DNA of 64,000 nucleotides. Source: the human T2T-CHM13v2.0 reference genome, Homo sapiens. The DNA lies in NCBI RefSeq assembly GCF_009914755.1, contig NC_060926.1; one strand, written 5' to 3'. Under the pieces are notes generated by a model that was given only the letters and a program-made list of their open reading frames with translations, had not been told where the DNA came from and did no database searches. Shown here piece after piece: positions 54,171-64,000 of the stretch (position 1 is its first letter; every line of letters begins with the position of its first letter). The position numbers were made by a program, and so were the translations under genes.

Positions 54171-55879
54171 TGTGGAAGTTCTATTATATATGAAGAAATT
54201 GGCCTAGTTACATTGTGTTTACTCCTAGTGCTCAAATGTAAAGTTGCCATGTAGTCTTTTTGCCTGAGAGGTGACTTAGTGGAGTTATAAGTTTATATAT
54301 GGGAGAATCAAGAGTTTCAAATTGTGATTGTTTAAACAGTTCTGTGGTCTTACAGATGTAATTAGAATTCCTAGGATAGGAGTGTTCCCACAAGCATAAC
54401 AGTACTTTAAATGTGTGTTCAGTTATCCCTTTCTATAGTCATATTTCATCGTTTCTTTTTGAAATAGAGTTATTTTGAAAATATTAAGTCGCTACTCTAA
54501 TCTTGAATGTCTGTCAGACCTGAGACAGAGCTGGGCACATAGTAGGCACTCACCGAACATCCCTCTCCTGTCTTCTCTACCCTAGTGTTTGTTATATACC
54601 AGGGGTCACACTAAGAGAAAAATCAGTTCATAGCTAGTAGATCATCTTCCATGGTGTTTGGCCAAAAATATCCAGCATAAAGAAAACAAATGTGTACAGA
54701 AGTTTGATGTTTTTACTTATCTTTTTGTTAATGGGGTATATATTTATATACCAAAAGATATTTTTGAAGGCTTATGTTATACCTTTATATACATACTTAT
54801 CATCTCCTTTAATCATTGAAATAACCTTGTGAAACTTGTCCTTATTTTTCAGATAAAGAAACTGTGGCTCTGAGTAGTAATCTCTTGCCTGAGGTCACAT
54901 GACTGAGGGGGAAGAACTGGGACTTGATTTCAGGTCTGCAGTTTTGGAATCTCTAACTCACGGTCCTCATATGTCTCCACCTTCTTAAACCTATGCCCTT
55001 AATTTTAAAAAAAAGTTGATTAAAAAAATAAATCAGAAGCACTTCATACTTCCCCCTTCCTCATACTGAGAAAATAGAAGTTAGAGCCTGTCTTCTTTAA
55101 GCTCCTACTGGCTAAAAGACTTGATAGCATTGTACTTTATGTCATTCTAATTACCAAAGCAATAGTTTTTAAACTTCTAGAAAGTCGCGGCACCCTCCCT
55201 CTGCCTCCCCACACCTGGAGCTCTCTGAGCTCCCCCAGGGGACAGTGTGGAAGTGGTGACTGTAATGTCCTGTCGTAGCTTTCGATAATGATAAAGTGTT
55301 AGAGAAAGCCAGGACGAGTTAGCCATTCTAGGAAACTTTCCACAGCTGTTGCATTAATTAAGACTTTTTTGGTCCCAAGTAACAGAAACCACTGGAACTC
55401 ACTTAAGCAGAAAGGGGAATTTGTTTTAAGGATGCTGTGGTGTCTCCCAGAATCCAAGGGCAGGGAACCAGGGACTGCAGTGAGGCAAGAAACCCAGAAA
55501 GACTTCTTTCTTCCTCTCTGCCTCTCCTACTTCACACACTGGCTTCCTTCCTCCCCTTTACTCAGACTAGCTCCTTTGCTTCCTCCTCCTTAGTGGGATG
55601 GCTGCTATCTACAGCTACCACGGTGCTCTCCGGGCCCATCCAACCAAAGGGAGACTGATTTCTCTTTCCTCCCTGCACACTCCTTCCTTGTTTCCCATCC
55701 TTTGTCCCAATTTCCAAATTCTAGGCAAGGATCAGATTATTCCGTTTTGACTTTACATGCTAGTTTGGGTGAGTGAATGTAAGGACAGACAACCTAATGT
55801 GACTAGCACAGTTGCATTCACTTCTACCTTTGGGAGTTTTAAATGCTGCTATCACAGGAGTGAAATACAAGAACACAGG

Positions 55880-56065
55880 TTTTAGAGGCAAATTCTGCCA
55901 CTTACTAGGTATATAATCTTGGGCAAGTTTTAGCTCCTGTGAGCCCTACTTTCTTTAATAAAAGGGATATACAGATAATGTCTTTCTCATGAGGTTGTGG
56001 CAGAGTTTAATGTAATAACAGGTATAGTGCTTAGCACAGGGTCTAGCATACATTATGCTTGATAA
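55880..56065 (+). mobile_element. MIR
   Basis: ctgccacttacta...cttgggcaagtt...gtgcttagcacagggtctagcata core. Confidence 0.6.
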
Positions 56066-56433
56066 AATATTGCCCCTTTATTTCTGATGATTATTAAGGC
56101 ACATTGCCTTAACAAAAAGATGTTTAAGTCATATGAGGAGTAAAAATTTTAAACTGCCTTTTGGTTCAAATTTCTGCTTCCTCTTGCCTCTTTTATGTCC
56201 CCATTTCATCTATCATTGGGTATTAATATATTCATAATCCAAAGGACTTTGGTTCTAAGAAACCCCAAAATTCTCTAGGAAATAGTTGGAGGTCCCAAGG
56301 TATCACCCAAAGTAGTTTCACAAATAATGTTGGTACATAGACTATTAGGTGAAAAACATTCATGGCTCTACTAGCCTTTTTTTCCAGTGATTGGAGTTGG
56401 AAGACCCCAATTAAAGATTCAATTCACGGCGAG

Positions 56434-56733
<300 letters not shown>

Positions 56734-57839
56734 TTATCTCTACTATATATATCTTAGTATATATTAATAGGAATGTATCTTGCAAATATTAATGTATATA
56801 GATATATATGCTGCTTCTATGTGTGTGTATATACATGCTAATATTTGCAAGATACTGAAATAGATATTGTTGGAATTAAAAATATGTATAATATATATTT
56901 ACATAAATAATTAAGAGAAACAGTCCTTTCCTTTAAAAAGAGTAAAGTCTAGAAGAAAATACTGTGAATCTACAAAAATCATGAATTCAGGGTGTTTTGG
57001 CAGAACTGGTTTACCAAGGTCCCATGTTAATGAAGCTAAGTCACATTAAGTAAGAATGGAGAAATAGTTTGAAGCCAAATCATGGAGGATACTGGATGCC
57101 AAGCTGAGGATTATAGTTCAAAGATAGCTAGAAGCCAGTGAAGGTTTTTGAGAAGGAGAGTATAACGTAATTGTACGTTCTAAGAATTGACTTTGTCCTA
57201 ATAGCCAAGTGGTAAAGGACTTGAAAGGCAGGAAAGAAAGAGAGGAGACTGGAGTCCATTTGAAGAGAGCTGCTTTAGTAGGAATGGAAAGTGGGCTTTA
57301 TGAATTTAGCGCCAGTCCAGGGCTTGGTAAGGACTGGGCTGTGGGAGTTGGGCTGAGGTAGAGAGTGTGTGCTGGGTGACCCGCAACCTGGAAGCACAGG
57401 AGGAGGTGTAGGTTGCATGAGGGGTCACTTGGGACTCCTCTCCTGAAGTTGGTGGGAGTAGAGAAGTAGCACTCCATTCTTCACTATGTTCCAATTCTTG
57501 ATTTGGAAACTCTCTGAAACAAACAGTTATTATGAGCATATTTTTGACCTAGAATCTAAGTATTTAATATTAAAATCAGCCAGGAAGTCATTTTCAGCCT
57601 GCTATTTAAAAACAAAACAAAAAACTATAGAACAAGCTCTGAATGATACAACAGAGTTTTGGCCCAAAATGAGTACTTAAAAGGCATATAATTCTAAGCT
57701 TGGCTTTCTCCATTAATGAAAAGAAGGACATTCATACTTTCTTCTGTTAAAAATTACAAAGTCATACTCAATTTAATAATAGAATCCCCGATTATCCTGA
57801 AATACAGCTGAAATTTGTTTTGTTTTGTTTTTGAGACAC

Positions 57840-58680
57840 TGTAACAGCCCAATGGGTTCTTCTTGCCCATTGCCCAGATAGAGCCAATTAGTCAAGACAG
57901 GGGAATTACAATAGAGAAAGAGTTTAATACATGTGGAGCTGGCTAAAACAGGTAGAGTTTTATTATTTCTCAAATCAGCCTCCCTGAAAATTCAGAGGCT
58001 AGGGTTTTTAAAAGATAGTTTGGTGGGCAGGGGCTAGGGAATGGGGAATGCTGGTTGGTTGGGTTGGGGATGAAATCATAGGGAGTTGAAGCTGTCCTCT
58101 TGTCTTGAGTCAGTTCCTGGGGTGGGGTGCGGTGGGGTGGGGTGGGGTAGGGGTGGTGGGTGGGGGTGCCACAAGACCAGGTGAGCCAGTTTACAGTTCT
58201 TTTTATTTTAAATAGAGATGGTGTCTTGCTGTGTTGCCTAGGCTGGTCTGGAATTCCTGGGCTCAAGCTGTTCTCCTGCATCAGCCTCCCAAAGTGCTAG
58301 GATTACAGGGATGAACCCCCACTCCCTGCCTTGAGCATGAGCCTTAGGTTTGATAATAATAATGTTATCCATAGGAGCAATTGAGAGGTGGGGAATCTTG
58401 TGGCTCCTGGCTGCATATCTCTTAAACCATTATTTTAAATCTTGCTAATTTATTAGTTTTATGAAGGCAGTCTAGTCCCCAGGCAAGGGGGGAGTTTGTT
58501 TTGGGGAGAGGCTTTTATCATCTTTGTTTTAAAGTTAAAGTATGAATTAAATTCCTCCTAAAGTTAGTTCAGCCTATGCCCAGGAATGAACAAGGGCAGC
58601 TTGGAGGTTAAAGGCAAGATGGAATCTGTTAGGTCAGATTCTTTTATTGTCAAACTTTTCTCACTATTAGAATTTTTATA
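57840..58680 (-). mobile_element. LTR8-family (ERV1) solo LTR with a nested FLAM (about 58200-58330), itself inserted into an AluJ
   Basis: Minus strand reads ccatcttgcctttaacctccaagctgcccttgttcattcctgggcataggctgaactaac...ccattgggctgttaca; Alu tail at 57814-57838 and Alu body resuming at about 58703. Confidence 0.65.
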
Positions 58681-60265
58681 ATTATAAATTTTATACTATT
58701 ATACAGGGTCTTGCTCTGTCACCCAGGTTGGAGTGCAGTGGTGCAGTCATAGCTCACTACAACCTTGAACTCCTGGGCTCAAGTGATCCTCCCTCCTTGG
58801 CCTCCAAGCACTGGGATTACAGGCGTGAACCAATGTGCCTGGCCTGGTATTTTAAACATATATTCATGTTATTATTCTTTATTTTCAGCAGCAAATTTAT
58901 TTAATTGTTTGTATGGATCTTGTACACAAGTCACTTATCTCTCTAAACTGAGACTCTAGTAAATAATCTCAATATTTTATAAAACGGTGCCAGGCCTGTT
59001 AAGGCCTATTATGCATCATTTATGATGCTTCAACAATAGTATCTTTCCACATCATCATCTTAATAAAAAACATTCATTTTGAGAATACATTTTCCAGGCA
59101 GTTCCTTTGCCTCCAGGGGGAATATTTTGAGGCCAACCAGTGACCATAGGATTAAAAGACTTGACAGGAAAGCCCTAGAATTCTTGAAGAGCAAGGCTTT
59201 TGAAAGATTCATTGTTGTGGACTCTCCCTTTGAAAGAGACCACTTTATCTTGCTCCTAAACATCTATAGGACAGACATAGCATTTTCTGAAAAGAAATTC
59301 TGGGTAATGTAGAAGAACAAATGTAGGTAGGTAATCTAGTATGGGTAGTGTGTAATGTGAAGAATGATAGTTCCATTTTTATGGTTGCCATAACAATCAT
59401 ACAGTTGTGCAAAAAATGTGTATAGCTTTTATAGAAGGGAGCTGGCACCATTGTAATGCTTCTTCTCATATCAGAACAACTGTTTTCAGATCTGAAAAAT
59501 AGGGGTGGCTTAACCCTTCCCCAGTTAGCTCAGCATGTTCCCTGAGAAGTCTCTTTGGAGCTCCAGGGCTGTTGAAATGCATTCACCACTTGCATTTGCA
59601 TTTTAGCCTGATAAATGGATTGAGAATTAAGGATGATGATCCTTTCAACAGCAGGTTCTGAATTCCTAACTTGGGAATTCAAAGGATGAGAAAAGAAATA
59701 CATTGTTCCTCAAATAGAAATCTAGGAGAGATGTCTAGACATAGTAAATTCCTTGACTTTGTGACTCTTCTTAATTCTGTCCACTAGAATTTAAATCCAT
59801 TAAATGCTGTCATTTACCCCACTGTGCTTAGTCTCAGATAAAGTCATATTAAAATTTGGTTACAATTTCTGTTTTATTTTTACATATTAACTATGTCACT
59901 TCTGGAAATCAAGAAGCAAATTTTAAGCGTAGTATATTTAAGTGAAAATATATTCACATATATTCTTTCTTTCACTATCGTTTTCCTATTTTTATATATC
60001 CTTTCCTAAGGAAAGTACTTGGTACTTGACTTTCTCAGTCATACTAAGGAGTATCTACTGTGAAGAAACTATATCAGAACTCTGGATGGAGATTTTCAGG
60101 TTGAGGATGGGAAGTTTTCAGGTTTGGATGGGGTACCTAAAATGAAGTCATTGTCAACCTAGTCAACCACAGAGAAACTTTTTCTTGTAGAGATTTGGGA
60201 TAAGTTATTACTTTTGCCAAAATACATCCAGAGTTTTTAAATCTTAAGATAAAGTCTGGAATTCT

Positions 60266-60565
60266 GGCTGGGCGCGGTGGCTCAAGCCTGTAATTCCAGC
60301 ACTTTGGGAGGCTGAGGCAGGCAGATTATGAGGTCATGAGATTGAGACCATCCTGGCCAACATGGTGAAACCCCGTCTCTACAAAAATATAAAAATTAGC
60401 TAGGTGTGGTGGCATGTGCTCCTAGCTACTTGGCAGGCTGAGGCAGGAGAATCACTTGAACCCGGGAGGGGAGGCGGAGGTTGCAGTGAGCGGAGACCGC
60501 ACCACTGCACTCCAGCCTGGGCGACAGAGTGAGACTCCATCTCATTAAAAAAAAAAAAAAGAAAA
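60266..60565 (+). mobile_element. AluSc-like
   Basis: TSD AAAGTCTGGAATT. Confidence 0.86.
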
Positions 60566-62809
60566 GTCTGGAATTAAGGGTAGAAGTAGGGGAGATTTCA
60601 ACTCTCATTGAAATAGAACTTGGTCTAATTGACTTGTTTGGTGAATTCCTGTCCCTTTGAGTCATAGCTCTGCAGTTCTGTGACCTTGGGCTTCTTTGAC
60701 CTTGAGCAAGTTACTTAATCCGTCTGGGCCTCAGTTTCCCCACCCACAAAGTGAGAGTAAAAATAACACCCACCATTGTTATAATTCTATCCCCTTAAGG
60801 GCCATCTCTAGGAAATAGAGAAAAAAAAGTGTTTTTAATGAGAATAAGATTTCTCGTATGTTGAAGACCTCTCCTATGTTTATAAAATCTGAGAAGATTT
60901 TATAGATTGTATAGAACTTTTTATACTTTAACTCTTAACACTTTATATTTAGGGGCTTAGGTATTTGATCCTTCTGTGGTATTATTTCCTGGAAGCTTAC
61001 AGCCCCTTTGTTTTGTTTGATTTTAAAACTTAATTTGTATTAATTAGTATTCTCATAGGCTGTTTTAAAGTAACTGCAATCTGATATTTTAAATCTGGAT
61101 TATAGGTAAACTACTACCAGAGATAAAAGAAGAAAGAGATGTTCAGAGAGAGCTTCGGATAGAGAGACTTTCTGGCCTGGTGGGACTCGGCTGCCCTCAT
61201 TGCACCCTTAGGCATGGAAAGCTGCATTCTGAACACCAGCAAGCCTAGCTATAAATCTTCTTGGACAGGAAATAAAAGAGTCAGAGACCAAGCCATCTCT
61301 GCCCTGCATACAAACTCTCTTGGTTGAGTTGTGCCCAGTAGTTCAGTGCTTTCAGGTAAACTAACTTCGTGGATTCTGGGCCTTTGCCCAAGTTCTTCTT
61401 CCCCAGATAGCCCACGCGTTACTTCTACACCTCCTTTGAGTCGTCTTCACATGCTATCTTCTCAGTGAAGCCTACCCTGTATATCCTATTCATAATTGTA
61501 ATCAGTACTTTCAGTGCCCCTTACTGCATTCTAATGTTTCTTTTTTTTCCTCCATAGCAATGAATTTCAGCACTGTTTATTTTCTGTCTCCTCCCCGTGG
61601 AAATCTTTGTCTGTTCTCAAATGTGTCCCAAACCCCGAAAGCAGTAGATAGCCACTAAATATTTGTTGGGTGTAGCATTTCTTGTCTTTCTCTTGACCTC
61701 TGATATCTTCTTCACATTGATGTTCTACTGGTTCCTACAACTTGGACTTGTTCTTGACACTAAGTAAGTGAAATTTTATGAAAAAGGCTACAATTATTCA
61801 CAGTTATAAACAGTTTAGAAAAGAAAGGAATGGGCATATTTCTTGAAAAAAGTCATGTTTGAAGAGCTGTATGGTATCAGAGGGAGTCAGCTAATTCTTT
61901 GTGGCCATGAAGGGCCTGAATTTTGAAGTTTCTCGGAGTCAGATTTCAATTCAGTGTGTAAAGGTGATTCCTAACAGGTAGAGCTATCTAATTATTGCCT
62001 AATGATGCAGTGAACTCTTCCTCTCACCTCCCCATCCCAGCTTTCAAGATGTGGGTTTATCTGTGTGCTTGGTTTTTGTTTGGGGACATTCAGAGGATAA
62101 GATTTGGAGTAGGGTAACCTTCCAATTTGATTATTCTGTGATTCTGGTCCCTGAACTGATACAGAGTGATTTCCAGGATTTATTATTAAGTGCAAAAAGC
62201 AAAATGAAAAGAGAAGTAATAGTATTTGATTATTTGTGTAAGAAAGAAGAGAAAATGAGAAAAATGTATCTATCTATATATGTATGAAAAAGGAAAACAA
62301 ACACAGAAAGGGTAAACCAGAAAATGATGAAAATAATTATTTATAGGGGAGAGGTAAGAGCTGGGGGAATGATAGAGATGGGAATGAGACTTCTTTTGAG
62401 TATGCTAACTTTTGAACCATTTAAAGTTTTAAATATTCAGTAATATAATCTAAAAGGTGGTAAAAGCAAAATTTCTAAAATTGAAATCAAGCAAAAACAA
62501 ATGGGCCTAATGTTTTTCAAATGTATAGCATCAGCACCTACAGAAAAAAGAATTCAAGTAACTTTTAAGCACTCGAACTATATACCCATAGTGAGTATAT
62601 TCTAAGGATAAACCACCAAAGAAATCAAACTTAATAGGTTTGTTGTTGTGAGTGGTGTTGGCATTGTAATTCTGAAACAGTTTTGAATATCAAGGCCATT
62701 GGGAACTGGAAAAAGAAAGATATAAATATGGAATGGGGGAGATAAGAACTTTATGGTATTAGATTTCAGTTGGGGATGTCAATATGAACTCATGATTTTT
62801 AAACAGCAT

Positions 62810-62888
62810 TTAGGTTGAACCACATGAAATTGCCAGTTTTTAGGCCACAAATAGTCAAATATTAACAATTTCATGTGATTCAACCCAA
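62810..62888. mobile_element. MADE2-like mariner MITE (about 80-bp palindrome)
   Basis: TIRs ttaggttgaaccacatgaaattg / caatttcatgtgattcaaccca. Confidence 0.7.
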
Positions 62889-63277
62889 CATTTTCTAACT
62901 CTGCTAGCTGAAAGGGCCTGGAGGCAATGAGCATATCTTATGCCCCATCCTGGTTTCTAAATGCCATTCCCACCAGAAGGAATTTGGGCTCCTTAGGGAA
63001 GTCGGTAATTATAAACCTGGGGCAGGGATTGTACAGCTTGTGAGACTTGCCACAGGGATATAGAGGCTCACTTGAAAGGGCTCCCACCAGCCTAATTTGG
63101 GAAAATTTATGTATCAAAAAGAATAGTAGTGGTAGTCGTGGTAATGGATTATAACACAGTGAATTTTTTTAAAAAATCAATGAATTTGTAATGACACTAA
63201 AAAAAAAAATTGGGGGCAGGAAAAAACTTCTTTTAATAGAAGATAGCCAGCAAATGTAGGAGATATTATAGGATTAG

Positions 63278-63667
<390 letters not shown>

Positions 63668-64000
63668 TGAGAGCAGGATATTCACATGATCTCTAAGTCT
63701 CATTCTGTAGGTTTCTTATTATTTACAAAGGGTAAAAGGTAGCCTTAACATACACAGTTCTAGCTATTAGCACCTTAACCAAGTAATCCAACCTGGCAGC
63801 CTAACATTTTGTGCCTTCTGAAGGTATGCACATCATCACCTGTGAAAATTTGAGGCCAGAATGTTCACCATGAATCTAGTCAAGCCTTTTTACCCAACTT
63901 TCCATTTATAGGAAATACAGAGGAGATGAATTTTGTCACATTTGATTTATTTCTGTCTATCCCTTTCTTCCTCCTTCTGTGAGGAAACAATCTAATAAAT

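Overview
This is human intronic DNA, about 99% non-coding and rich in repeats. I recognise it as the DIS3L2 locus (2q37.1): one 174-nt symmetric coding exon (exon 9, 26038-26211, + strand) and the intronic MIR562 hairpin (35232-35326). Two near-identical LINE-1s flank the exon in the same orientation (- strand), offset by exactly 27,611 bp. L1-A is full length with L1HS-Ta diagnostics (11773-17808). L1-B is 5'-truncated with an older, L1PA2-like 3' end (about 39353-44188). This pair is the known NAHR substrate for the Perlman-syndrome exon-9 deletion, so that part is not new. Less obvious signals read from the sequence: (1) the target-site duplication of L1-A encloses a 421-bp 3' transduction with a second poly(A) tail; (2) the two L1s inserted independently and differ in subfamily at their ends, yet share the same ORF2 nonsense codon, the same ORF1 frameshift and several unusual substitutions, which points to gene conversion between them; (3) L1-A keeps an intact ORF0 in the sense direction of DIS3L2, and its second splice donor is in frame with exon 9, predicting an ORF0-DIS3L2 (RNB-S1) fusion. 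Repeat subfamily calls and consensus comparisons are from memory and by eye; repeat boundaries are approximate.
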